Under the pieces are notes generated by a model. It did no database searches. It worked only from the letters and a program-made list of their open reading frames with translations, and was not told where the DNA came from. Positions 8,954 to 18,170 of a stretch of DNA of 63,434 nucleotides are shown here, piece by piece (the stretch's first letter is position 1; every line of letters starts with the position of its first letter). The position numbers and the translations under genes are program-made. This DNA comes from an uncultured Eubacteriaceae bacterium (GTDB lineage Bacteria > Bacillota > Clostridia > Eubacteriales > Eubacteriaceae): the NCBI GenBank assembly GCA_947625585.1, contig CANQOZ010000001.1, positions 1 through 63,434 of the forward strand. The letters are read 5' to 3'.

Positions 8954-9020
8954 CTCAATACGTCGACTAAAGTTTTTTCATTCCTTCTTGTAACTTAATT
9001 ATAACAAGTTTTGGTTAAAA

Positions 9021-9054
9021 TAAAAAAAGTAGTCGAGCTAAACTCAACTACCTT
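9021..9054 (-). terminator. intrinsic terminator after gloA
   Basis: On the minus strand: aaggtagt-N12-actacttt followed by a T-run. Confidence 0.65.
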
Positions 9055-9057
9055 AAC

Positions 9058-9441
9058 TTATTTATTTCGAACAATTTCAATCTTATAACCATCTGGGTCA
9101 GTAATAAAATAGTAATTTTTCTTACCGTTATCTAATCCACTGAGTTCTGTAACATTAAATCCTTGATCTTTATGTTCACTCCAACTTTTTTCTAAATCAT
9201 CAACTGCTAAAGCTAGATGACCATATCCGTTACCTAAATCATAAGGTTCATGGTCATAGTTATAAGTAAGCTCTAGTTCGATTGTTTCATCGGGATCACT
9301 TAAAAAAACAAGATCAAATTTTTGATCCGGTTTCTCCTTCCTTCTTGTTTCATGAAAACCAAAGGCCTTTTTATAAAAATCTAAGGATTGGTCTATATCT
9401 TTTACACGAATCATACTATGAGCAATCTTATATTTACTCAT
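9058..9441 (-). CDS. gloA: lactoylglutathione lyase / VOC family glyoxalase I
   Basis: 127 aa with a glyoxalase I pattern (HSMIRVKDIDQSLDFY, ELTYNY, GYGHLA, DPDGYKIEI). Confidence 0.85.
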   Translation of the reverse strand: MSKYKIAHSMIRVKDIDQSLDFYKKAFGFHETRRKEKPDQKFDLVFLSDPDETIELELTYNYDHEPYDLGNGYGHLALAVDDLEKSWSEHKDQGFNVTELSGLDNGKKNYYFITDPDGYKIEIVRNK

Positions 9442-11038
9442 TTTCTTTATTTTCCTTATTTTTATTTAAAACTTCTTCACTAATTCCATCAACAACTTTT
9501 TCTTGAGGTTCAATATCGGAATCATCAAAGGAACCATGGTCAAGTCTATACTGACGATTTGCCATTTCTTGTTCATTCATACTTTTACGTGGAACCCAAA
9601 CAGAAACAGAACCACCTGCGCAAGAGAAAACGCCTTTTCCGTCTTCTTTTATGTAAACTGAACCATCCACATTTCCCAGATAATCAATAAATTCTTCCCC
9701 AAAAAATTGTTCACCAATATACATTTCCTTTTGACCACCCACATTATCTGAAAGTAACACAGCTAACCCCGAATTTGGGTGTTCGTCATCTCCTTCACGT
9801 GTAAATCCAACTACATTAAAGTCGTCAAAGTAAGGATATTCCAAACCGTAGGCGTGTTTTTTTCGAAGAAGTAAAAGTTCATCTATACCAGCTACAGGAG
9901 CTAAATAATCATGAGGCATCCCTCTATAATCTCCAAAGAAAACACAAGGTATTCCATATTGCTGAAGTAGAATTATTGCATAAGCGATTGGTTTAAACCA
10001 CGTTTCAACCCAAGACTGTAATGATTCTCCTGGCTGAGTATCATGATTGTCAACGAAAGTAATTGAATTAAATGTTTCAGTTCTAATTAAGGTATTGTCA
10101 AGAATATGAGCCATATCATAATTGCCGCCAGCCTTAGATGCATGTTCAAAGTTAAAGTGAAGAGGAACATCAAAAAGTTGAATTTTATGATCAGAGTCAT
10201 TAATATAACGGATGAGTTTATTAACATCACCTGACCAGTATTCTCCAACTGCTAAAACATGATCCTTTCCCAACTTTTCTTTCATATAGTCTCGCATTTT
10301 CTGGACCCATTCAGCCATAAATGGAAATTTAATATGTTTTACAGCATCTAACCTAAATCCGTCTAGATTAGTTATGGAGCAATACCACCTACCCCAGTTT
10401 AGTAATTCTTCTCTGGTTCTTTCATCATCCATATCCAGATCAGCTCCCATAAGGTAGTCAAAGTTCCCATATTCATCATCAACTGGATTATTCCACTCTT
10501 TTCCAGAGAACCGAAAAATACCTGTTTCGTCTGTTTTTCCATCAAAATCCACTCCACTAAATTGATTCCAATGGAATTCAAAATTACTGTACTTTCCATT
10601 TCTTCCAGGAAAGTTAAAATAGGTATAAGCTTCAATTTCTCTAGCTTTGCCTATCTCCTTTAACCTATCGTCCGGATCTACGGGGGTAGCGTAAGTCTTT
10701 TCAGTACCATCAGCTCCTAACATTTGGTTGATGACTATATCTGCTAAAACAATAATTTCGTTATCTTGAAGAGCTTTTATTGCAGCTAAATATTCATCTT
10801 TAGTCCCATACTTTGTAGCAATAGTACCCTTTTGGTCGAATTCACCTAAATCATAACGGTCATAAACTCCATAACCAACATCGTTTATTCCAGCTGTTCC
10901 TTTATAAGCTGGAGGTAACCATGCCATTGTTATTCCAAGTTCCCTCATTCTTGGAGCATGTTCCCTGATATAATTCCAGTGATTTTGGTCTGCTGGTAAA
11001 TTCCATTCAAAATATTGAATGATTGTTTGATTATCCAT
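9434..11038 (-). CDS. cytoplasmic GH13 alpha-amylase
   Basis: Shows the GH13 conserved regions (DIVINQ, GFRLDAVKHI, EYW, FVDNHD) and no signal peptide. I place the start at MDNQTIIQYFEW (ATG 11038, GGAGG 13 nt upstream) rather than the longer track ORF. Has a ~55 aa acidic/Lys-rich C-terminal tail. Confidence 0.9.
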   Translation of the reverse strand: MDNQTIIQYFEWNLPADQNHWNYIREHAPRMRELGITMAWLPPAYKGTAGINDVGYGVYDRYDLGEFDQKGTIATKYGTKDEYLAAIKALQDNEIIVLADIVINQMLGADGTEKTYATPVDPDDRLKEIGKAREIEAYTYFNFPGRNGKYSNFEFHWNQFSGVDFDGKTDETGIFRFSGKEWNNPVDDEYGNFDYLMGADLDMDDERTREELLNWGRWYCSITNLDGFRLDAVKHIKFPFMAEWVQKMRDYMKEKLGKDHVLAVGEYWSGDVNKLIRYINDSDHKIQLFDVPLHFNFEHASKAGGNYDMAHILDNTLIRTETFNSITFVDNHDTQPGESLQSWVETWFKPIAYAIILLQQYGIPCVFFGDYRGMPHDYLAPVAGIDELLLLRKKHAYGLEYPYFDDFNVVGFTREGDDEHPNSGLAVLLSDNVGGQKEMYIGEQFFGEEFIDYLGNVDGSVYIKEDGKGVFSCAGGSVSVWVPRKSMNEQEMANRQYRLDHGSFDDSDIEPQEKVVDGISEEVLNKNKENKENE

Positions 11039-11040
11039 GT

Positions 11041-11553
11041 TTAAGCAGTTTTCCTCCCGCAACAGTGCTTATATTTTTTACCGCTACCACACGGACAAGG
11101 TTCATTTCTCCCTATCTTTCTACCCTTGCGGACAGTCCGTCCGTAATGATACTTGTCTTCTATTTCCTGTTGCTTTTCTTTTGAAAAAATTCCATCCCAT
11201 TCTTCTAAACCAAAAAGCCAAGGAGCTTTATTTAAATGCATGTTATAGAGGAGTTTTTCAAAGTCAATGTCTAGTAGAATCTGATCATCTTCCTCATATT
11301 CCGTAAAGTCTTTAACATCATTATTTAAACTGGTTGCAATTCCATCGACAAAACCAATGAATTCATAAGGTTCAACACCATACTTTTCTGCCAGTTCTTT
11401 TATAGTTCCTTCTATTTTATTTTCTTTTGCAGTTAGTATTTGTTTATATATTTCTTCTTCTTTTTTATAGTAGTCAGTCCAAAATCTTCTATCAACGTTT
11501 TTACCATTGGCCTTTTTACTTTGGACTTCTTTCCATTCTTCAAATACGCTCAA
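11041..11553 (-). CDS. SEC-C metal-binding motif protein
   Basis: 170 aa with the C-terminal [18 protein letters not shown] motif. The start overlaps the cobU stop (ATGA). Confidence 0.75.
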   Translation of the reverse strand: MSVFEEWKEVQSKKANGKNVDRRFWTDYYKKEEEIYKQILTAKENKIEGTIKELAEKYGVEPYEFIGFVDGIATSLNNDVKDFTEYEEDDQILLDIDFEKLLYNMHLNKAPWLFGLEEWDGIFSKEKQQEIEDKYHYGRTVRKGRKIGRNEPCPCGSGKKYKHCCGRKTA

Positions 11554-12116
11554 TTCTCTTCTCCTTTTATTTTCAACGGAATTCCGGCAATCATAAAGAT
11601 GACTTGATTAGCTTTACTCGCTACTAACTGGTTTATCCTTCCAAGAATATCTCTAAAGTAATTTGCCAGTTTATTATCAGGAACAACTCCCATTCCAACT
11701 TCATTTGAAACAATATAAACATCTTTATCTATAGCCAGATCTAATAGGCTTTCCAATTCTAATTTTATACCATTTTCAATGCTCTCTACATCTCCAGGAG
11801 TGGTATTTTCCCAATCAACCCCTGCTTCTAACATCTGATTCGTAACGAATAATGTTAAACAGTCTAAGAGAATAACTTTGGAGTTATTAAACAAAGCATT
11901 ATTTGATAAACTCTTAAAATTTTTATAAATTTCAATTGTATTCCAGTTTTTAGGACGGCTCTCTTTATGTTTTCTTATTCGGTCTCTCATATCATCATCA
12001 AAAGCAAGAGCAGTTGCAATGAAAACAGTCTGTTTATTCAATTTCTGAACTAACTTTTGAGCATAGTTACTTTTACCGCTTTTAGCTCCGCCCATAATAA
12101 GTGTTAATGTTCCCAT
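11550..12116 (-). CDS. cobU: adenosylcobinamide kinase / adenosylcobinamide-phosphate guanylyltransferase (CobU/CobP family)
   Basis: 188 aa with P-loop GGAKSGKS and conserved blocks ([41 protein letters not shown]) matching CobU as remembered. Confidence 0.85.
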   Translation of the reverse strand: MGTLTLIMGGAKSGKSNYAQKLVQKLNKQTVFIATALAFDDDMRDRIRKHKESRPKNWNTIEIYKNFKSLSNNALFNNSKVILLDCLTLFVTNQMLEAGVDWENTTPGDVESIENGIKLELESLLDLAIDKDVYIVSNEVGMGVVPDNKLANYFRDILGRINQLVASKANQVIFMIAGIPLKIKGEEN

Positions 12117-13438
12117 TATCCGATTTTACGATCCGCTTCAGCTAGCATGTCAATGTACTTCATTTCAACTTCTAAGCCAAAGACGTCTTGTTCAAATAAA
12201 GAGGTTGCCTGGTTTTGATAATTTTGATTAAATGTCTTAATTGATTCTTCTGCTTTTTGAATGGTATTCCTTTGCTGTTCGGTTAACATAGCATTTTTTT
12301 CTAAATCAATGTATTTATTTAAAAACTCTTTTATTAAATCATCGTTCTTATTAATCATTTTATTAACTTCAACAGCTTTTTCTGGATGTTCATTTTCATA
12401 GAGTCTTAAAATATCTTCATATTGGAGATAGCGTTCAAACTCTTGTTTTATTACAGGATTTTGAATCGAATTTAAGAGTTGTTCATCTTCTGAAGAGAGA
12501 CTACTTTCCTTTAGATCTTTATAATTCTTTTTTTGTTTCCAACCAGTTTGATCTAAGACATAGTCAGTAGAAATCTCAGTTGGATGATCGATGTAATATG
12601 AAAAATAATCTAAAATTTTCTTAGAATCTAAATCGACTAAATTATTTTTATTATTAATAATAGAACGAATAAGATAGAGATCGTCTTCAGGAATTAACTC
12701 TTCAATTAACTGGTTAATAATAAGCTCATTTTCCTTATTAATATAGTTAGGCTCAACTATTGAAGAATCAAAACTTAGGTTTAAACCATTAAGAATGTAT
12801 TTTCCTTTGTAAGGCTCCTGGTTATAAAAAATTTTTTTCCCAACAAGATATTTTAAGAAAACTTTATTAATCTCCTGATTACGATCTTTAGCTAAATCTC
12901 TCGGTAGAAGCTTATTGATTACTTGTCGGATTAAATAAGGATTTATTTCTCCTTTTGGATAAATACGGTCTTTGACCTCACCAAGTTTAAATCTACTTAT
13001 TTTATCTTCAAATTGGTCTAAAAATTTAGTCCTTTTTTCAGTAGCATCTAGTGAAAAGAGATTATTTGGATTCAAGAAGGGGTTATTAGATAAATCCATT
13101 AAAACCAAAGTGTCCTTATTCTTGTATAGATACGGATTATTGTCAGTGTAATTTGGTAATTTTGATATGTTATTATTAGAAAAATTAGCTGTCTGTAGAT
13201 TATTTAAAAATTCAATGCCACTTAGGTCAGTAATACCTAGTCCGCTTGCATTAAGAGTATGAATATTATTTAAATCGTTTAGAGTTAACTTATTTTTAAC
13301 TCCTGTATTTAAACTATTCGCTACGACTTGAGCTAAGTTATGATCGTTAAAGATATCTTTTAGGGTAAATTCAGCAACTGGATTATTTAAGATTTTCTCT
13401 TTAACTTTATTAATTTTTGGTTTGGACGAAAAAAACAT
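12116..13438 (-). CDS. internalin-like LRR protein without signal peptide, with a long helical C-terminal region
   Basis: 440 aa with an N-terminal internalin-type cap plus LRRs (FNDHNLAQVVANSL..LTLNDLNNIHTLNASGLGITDLSGIEFLNNLQTANFSNNNISKL). No hydrophobic leader. The stop overlaps the cobU start (TAATG). Confidence 0.6.
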   Translation of the reverse strand: MFFSSKPKINKVKEKILNNPVAEFTLKDIFNDHNLAQVVANSLNTGVKNKLTLNDLNNIHTLNASGLGITDLSGIEFLNNLQTANFSNNNISKLPNYTDNNPYLYKNKDTLVLMDLSNNPFLNPNNLFSLDATEKRTKFLDQFEDKISRFKLGEVKDRIYPKGEINPYLIRQVINKLLPRDLAKDRNQEINKVFLKYLVGKKIFYNQEPYKGKYILNGLNLSFDSSIVEPNYINKENELIINQLIEELIPEDDLYLIRSIINNKNNLVDLDSKKILDYFSYYIDHPTEISTDYVLDQTGWKQKKNYKDLKESSLSSEDEQLLNSIQNPVIKQEFERYLQYEDILRLYENEHPEKAVEVNKMINKNDDLIKEFLNKYIDLEKNAMLTEQQRNTIQKAEESIKTFNQNYQNQATSLFEQDVFGLEVEMKYIDMLAEADRKIG

Positions 13439-13558
13439 AGTCCTTCCCTCTTAAAAAAAATATATTTTAATTTTATCTCAAACGATTAAATATTATAGAT
13501 AAATCATGGTTAAAATATTGTTTATTTTAAATGTTATAATACACTTCATGGAGTTTTT

Positions 13559-14110
13559 ATGATAATTGAAATAGTTCTAATAATTTTAGGTGTTCTTACC
13601 TTTGGTTTAGGTATTTGGAATTTAATGATCAGTGCTTACATTTGGGGATCTCTTTTCTTAATAGGTGGTCTATGGTCTTTTGCTTTGGGCGTTTATTACC
13701 TTATTCAGGATCGTAAAGCAAAGAAAGCTGCCAAGATTGAAGAGGAACAATCCTTTATGGATGTAGAAATAACACCGGATATTAATGCACCAATTCTAGA
13801 CGAACCAATAATATCATCTGAAGACGTTCCAATAGAAGATAAAACTCAAGAAGAATTAAACGAATTTAACAAAGCTGTTTCCTTCACTAATGATGTTATC
13901 CCGGAATCTTCTATCAACACTCAAAGTCTAGACGAAATCGAAGTCGATTTAACACCAAAATCTAACGAAGTAGACCGTAATGTTGAAGTTATTCAGGATC
14001 TTGTTGTTGTTGAAGATGAACCGGAACAGACCGTAGAAAGTGTAGACGAAGAAGATATTAACCTGGATGATGAAGAAATCAAAGACAGTGACGTTAAATT
14101 TGAAAACTGA
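13559..14110 (+). CDS. small membrane protein with acidic disordered tail
   Basis: 183 aa with two TM helices followed by an E/D-rich low-complexity region. GGAG SD. Confidence 0.55.
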   Translation: MIIEIVLIILGVLTFGLGIWNLMISAYIWGSLFLIGGLWSFALGVYYLIQDRKAKKAAKIEEEQSFMDVEITPDINAPILDEPIISSEDVPIEDKTQEELNEFNKAVSFTNDVIPESSINTQSLDEIEVDLTPKSNEVDRNVEVIQDLVVVEDEPEQTVESVDEEDINLDDEEIKDSDVKFEN

Positions 14111-14127
14111 CCAGTGAAAGGAAAAAC

Positions 14128-15417
14128 ATGAAGGTCAAAGGCAAAAACAGTTTAACTTTTGAAAGCCAGGAAGAAGTTTTAAAACAACTACAAAAATTGC
14201 TTCAACTTGATACGACAAACGGAGATGCTGGAGAAATAACAGAAGAAGCTCCTTTAGGCGAACGCATTAACGATGCTATAAACTTAGTGCTTGATTTAGG
14301 AGAATCTTTTGGTTTTAGATCAAAGAACTTGGATGGTTACAGCGGCTGGGCTGAAATTGGACCAGAAGATAGTGATGAGTTAATAGGAATTATGGCTCAT
14401 GTTGATACGGTTCCTGTAGGAGATGATTGGGATTATGAACCGTTCGATTTGACAATTGACGACGGCAAAATGTACGGTCGTGGAACAAATGATGATAAAG
14501 GACCAGTCATCGCTACTCTATATGCTATGAAAGCTGTTGAAGATTCAGATGAAGATCTATCAAAAAGAGTTCGTTTAATTATTGGTGGTGATGAAGAAGC
14601 TGGCGATTGGAGATGTCTCGAACGCTATAAAGAAACAGAAGATATACCGGATGCTTCATTCTCACCAGATGCTGTTTATCCAGTTATCTTTGCTGAAAAG
14701 GGTATCCTTCACTTAACATTTATTAAAAAGTCAGATGAAGGTGATGACTTAACATTAAAATCTGGAACAGTAGTTAATATGGTTCCTGATTTAGCTAAAG
14801 CTACATTTAATGGAAAAGAATATACTGAAACTGGTGTAGCTTCCCATGCAATGGAACCAGAAGCTGGTGAAAATGCTCTATTAAAATTAGGTAAAACTTT
14901 AAAAGATGCTGGAGCACAACATCCATTCTTAGATCTACTCGAAATTGCTAACAATGAAGATTTAGACATAGTTATGTCTGACGATGTTTCAGGAGATTTA
15001 ACATATAATCCAGCTATTGGTTACGTAGATGAAAATGGTTCGTTTTTAAAGAGTGATATTCGTTACCCTGTAACTTTTAATTCTGACGAAATAGTTGAAA
15101 GAATTAAAGCTAAGGTAGAACCTTTAGGTTATGAAGTAATAGTCGATGGTGACGTTGAACCTTTATACGTAGAAAAGGATTCAGAATTAGTTAAAACTTT
15201 AGTTGATGTCTTTAATGAAGATACTGGACTAAATGAAGAACCAATTGCAATGGGCGGTGGTACTTACGCTCGTGCATTTGACAATGCAGTCGCTTTTGGT
15301 ATTTTGTTCCCTGGTGAACCGGATATGTGCCATCAAAGGAATGAATATTGGCCATTAGAAGACTTAGAAAGTAATATGCATATTATCGCTGATGCTATAC
15401 TTGCATTAGCAAAATAA
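14128..15417 (+). CDS. M20 family dipeptidase (PepV/Sapep-like)
   Basis: 429 aa with M20 motifs (MAHVDTVP, GRGTNDDKGP, GGDEEAG, GGGTYAR). Confidence 0.8.
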   Translation: MKVKGKNSLTFESQEEVLKQLQKLLQLDTTNGDAGEITEEAPLGERINDAINLVLDLGESFGFRSKNLDGYSGWAEIGPEDSDELIGIMAHVDTVPVGDDWDYEPFDLTIDDGKMYGRGTNDDKGPVIATLYAMKAVEDSDEDLSKRVRLIIGGDEEAGDWRCLERYKETEDIPDASFSPDAVYPVIFAEKGILHLTFIKKSDEGDDLTLKSGTVVNMVPDLAKATFNGKEYTETGVASHAMEPEAGENALLKLGKTLKDAGAQHPFLDLLEIANNEDLDIVMSDDVSGDLTYNPAIGYVDENGSFLKSDIRYPVTFNSDEIVERIKAKVEPLGYEVIVDGDVEPLYVEKDSELVKTLVDVFNEDTGLNEEPIAMGGGTYARAFDNAVAFGILFPGEPDMCHQRNEYWPLEDLESNMHIIADAILALAK

Positions 15418-15436
15418 TAAAATTTAAGGAGTTATT

Positions 15437-17380
15437 ATGGACAACAAAGATACTGATTTCAAGCCTTATATTCCGGCTGAAAAAAGTGTCGATGAAATGA
15501 CTGCTACCTCTATTATACTTGGTATTATTCTAGCCATCGTTTTTGGTGCAGCTAATGCTTATTTAGGACTAAGAGTAGGTTTAACCATTTCTGCTTCTAT
15601 TCCTGCAGCAGTTATTTCAATGGGCGTTATTCGAGTTATTCTTAAAAAGGATTCTATCCTAGAGAATAACATGGTTCAAACGATTGGTTCCGCTGGTGAA
15701 TCAGTTGCTGCTGGTGCTATTTTTACATTACCAGCTCTGTTTATCTGGTCCACTCAGTGGGGAACAAATCCACCATCAATTCTTGAAATTGCAATCATCG
15801 CTTTAGCTGGTGGTTTCTTAGGCGTTTTGTTTATGATTCCACTACGTCAAGCGCTTATCGTTAAAGAACATGGTAAGCTAAAGTATCCTGAAGGAACAGC
15901 TTGTGCTGAAGTTTTACTAGCTGGAGAAAGTGGTGGAGCTTCTGCTAAGAGCGTTTTCACCGGTTTAGGTGTAGCTGCTGTATTTAAGTTTGTTTCAGAC
16001 GGTATGTATTTATTCCCTTCTGAAATTTCTTATGATATCCCAATTTATAAGGGATCCGCTTTTGGTACATCTGTACTACCAGCCCTACTTGGAGTTGGTT
16101 ATATATGCGGAACTGAAGTTTCAGCCTACATGTTAGCTGGTGGTGTTCTAGCATGGTTAGCTTTAATGCCAGCTATTGCTCAATTTGGTGGAACTAGTAC
16201 CATCTTCCCAAGTGATATACCAATTGCACAAATGGCACCGGATGAAATTTGGTCTAATTATGTTCGTTATATTGGTGCTGGTGCTGTTGCAACTGGTGGT
16301 ATTTTATCTCTCATCAAATCATTACCTTTAATTGTCACAACTTTTAGAGATGCAATGAAAGACTTCTCTTTGAAGGGATCTCAATCAACCTTAAGAACTG
16401 AATCAGATATCGACATGAAATGGGTTCTACTTTTAGTTCTTATCAGTATTCTAGTTCTATGGTTAATTCCAGCTGTACCAGTTAACTTCCTGGGAGCTAT
16501 TATGATCGCTATCTTCGGTTTCTTCTTTGCAACCGTTTCTGCTAGAATTGTTGGTTTGATTGGTAGTTCTAACAACCCAATTTCTGGTATAACAATAGCA
16601 ACCTTACTTTTAACTACAGCAATCTTTAAAGCTACTGGATTAACCGGGCATTCAGGGATGAATGCTGCAATTGCTGTTGGTTCAATCATTGCTGTTATAG
16701 CTGCTATCTCTGGTGATACATCTCAAGACTTAAAAACCGGTTTCATTGTAGGTGCTACTCCTAAGAAACAGCAAATAGGTGAATTAATTGGGGTTGTTGC
16801 TTCTGCTGTTGTAATCGGTGGTGTTTTATACTTACTAAATAGTGCATGGGGATTTGGATCTGCTGAATTACCAGCTCCACAAGCTAGCTTAATGCAGATT
16901 GTTGTTGAAGGTGTTATGAATGCTAATTTACCATGGGTACTGGTATTCATTGGTGTTTTCGTAGCTATCTCCATTGAACTTTTAGGAATTCCTGTCATGC
17001 CTGTAGCTGTAGGAATGTACTTACCAGTACAAACTTCTGCTGCTATCATGATCGGTGGTGTTGTTCGCTGGGTTGTTGAAAAATGGCCTAATGTCAGTGA
17101 AGGTGAAAAGAGTGGAATGATCAACTCATGCTTGCTTTATTCTTCAGGAATGATCGCTGGAGAAGGTGTAGTTGGTATTCTATTAGCCGTATTAGCTATT
17201 ATTCCAGTTGGTGCTGGTACTTTAGCTGACGTTGTTGATATTTCAAAATACTTCTCACTAGGAGACATCGGCTCTATTGTTTTCTGTGCTTTGATGGTAG
17301 CATCAATGTTCTACTTTGCTGTAAAGGGGAAACATGGCGGAATTGATGATGGAGCTATGAAGGGCGAACTTGTTGACTAA
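15437..17380 (+). CDS. OPT family oligopeptide transporter
   Basis: 647 aa polytopic protein. The N-terminal region (TATSIILGIILAIVFGAANAYLGLRVGLTISASIPAAV) is typical of the bacterial OPT family. AAGGAG SD. Confidence 0.85.
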   Translation: MDNKDTDFKPYIPAEKSVDEMTATSIILGIILAIVFGAANAYLGLRVGLTISASIPAAVISMGVIRVILKKDSILENNMVQTIGSAGESVAAGAIFTLPALFIWSTQWGTNPPSILEIAIIALAGGFLGVLFMIPLRQALIVKEHGKLKYPEGTACAEVLLAGESGGASAKSVFTGLGVAAVFKFVSDGMYLFPSEISYDIPIYKGSAFGTSVLPALLGVGYICGTEVSAYMLAGGVLAWLALMPAIAQFGGTSTIFPSDIPIAQMAPDEIWSNYVRYIGAGAVATGGILSLIKSLPLIVTTFRDAMKDFSLKGSQSTLRTESDIDMKWVLLLVLISILVLWLIPAVPVNFLGAIMIAIFGFFFATVSARIVGLIGSSNNPISGITIATLLLTTAIFKATGLTGHSGMNAAIAVGSIIAVIAAISGDTSQDLKTGFIVGATPKKQQIGELIGVVASAVVIGGVLYLLNSAWGFGSAELPAPQASLMQIVVEGVMNANLPWVLVFIGVFVAISIELLGIPVMPVAVGMYLPVQTSAAIMIGGVVRWVVEKWPNVSEGEKSGMINSCLLYSSGMIAGEGVVGILLAVLAIIPVGAGTLADVVDISKYFSLGDIGSIVFCALMVASMFYFAVKGKHGGIDDGAMKGELVD

Positions 17381-17393
17381 TGAATTTAATCAA

Positions 17394-17422
17394 AATGGTT
17401 ACGGAAACGTAGCCATTTTTTA
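17394..17422 (+). terminator. intrinsic terminator after the OPT transporter gene
   Basis: aatggttac-ggaaac-gtagccatt followed by ttttttaatttt. Confidence 0.75.
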
Positions 17423-17427
17423 ATTTT

Positions 17428-17805
17428 ATGAGTAGTAGGAAATTAAGAAAAGAAGAGAATTTTTTAGAACTAATTCCAGTTCGAAATCCAGACTTAGACT
17501 ATAGTGAAGATAAAAAGGGAATGATTGTTCTAACCGTTCCAAATATTGGTATATTTAATAAAATTGCTCAAAAATTTTTTAACAGGCCAAAAGAGAGCAA
17601 AATTCATTTTGATGATTATTCAAGTTATATTTGGAAGGGAATGAATGGGAAGCGTGATATTGCAAGTCTGGGACGATATTTAAAACGTAAATACGGCGAA
17701 GAAGCCGAACCTCTTTATGAGCGCTTAATTCAGTTCATTCATATTTTAAGATCCAATAAATATATTGGGTTAGTTGACAAAAATGGAGTGAAAATCAAAG
17801 ATTAA
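17428..17805 (+). CDS. PqqD-like (RRE-type) family protein
   Basis: 125 aa. The pattern FDDYSSYIWKGMNGKRDIASLGRYLKRKYGEEAEPLYERLIQFIHILRSNKYIGL fits the PqqD winged-helix pattern. The ATG lies 6 nt after the terminator T-run and has no SD. Confidence 0.55.
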   Translation: MSSRKLRKEENFLELIPVRNPDLDYSEDKKGMIVLTVPNIGIFNKIAQKFFNRPKESKIHFDDYSSYIWKGMNGKRDIASLGRYLKRKYGEEAEPLYERLIQFIHILRSNKYIGLVDKNGVKIKD

Positions 17806-18134
17806 TGAAATATAGGATTGAAGAAGCTATCATTGTTGAAACAATTGAAACAGAACCTCATTTCAGAGTTGAAACTGTAGTACCTGAACGTATTGATAAA
17901 CCAAAAAGGAAACCTGAGAATTTTATTGAATCTTTATTTGATATGTTATTTGATTCAATTGATTTGTTTGGAGCTTTTGGTGAAGCTGGAGCTCAACTTG
18001 GTGACGAACTATTTGGTTCTGATGAAGAAATAGAACTTGATCCTGAGCCAGAGATAGAAACAGCAATTATCATAGAAACTCATGAGAGAGTTGTTCAGGA
18101 ACAGTACTTTTTAATTTATGAAATTGAAGAATGA
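17805..18134 (+). CDS. small acidic protein with terminal internal repeats (unknown function)
   Basis: 109 aa. TAATG overlap with the upstream gene. IEEAIIVETIE near the N-terminus is repeated as IETAIIIETHE near the C-terminus. A strong terminator follows immediately. Confidence 0.5.
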   Translation: MKYRIEEAIIVETIETEPHFRVETVVPERIDKPKRKPENFIESLFDMLFDSIDLFGAFGEAGAQLGDELFGSDEEIELDPEPEIETAIIIETHERVVQEQYFLIYEIEE

Positions 18135-18170
18135 AAATCCCTAACTCAATTGTTAGGGATTTAATTTTAT
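18135..18170. terminator. bidirectional intrinsic terminator
   Basis: aaatccctaac-tcaatt-gttagggattt (11 bp perfect stem) followed by a T-rich run. Sits between convergent genes. Confidence 0.8.

Noticed and set aside
9282-11627. ORFs 9282..9506(+), 10399..10635(-), 11037..11306(+) and 11427..11627(+).
   Set aside because: They overlap gloA, the amylase gene, the SEC-C gene and cobU in other frames or strands and have no supporting signals.
16381-17124. Minus-strand ORFs 16381..16689 and 16723..17124 inside the OPT transporter gene, and 14709..14969 inside the dipeptidase gene.
   Set aside because: These are antisense shadow ORFs of well-supported genes with no independent signals.
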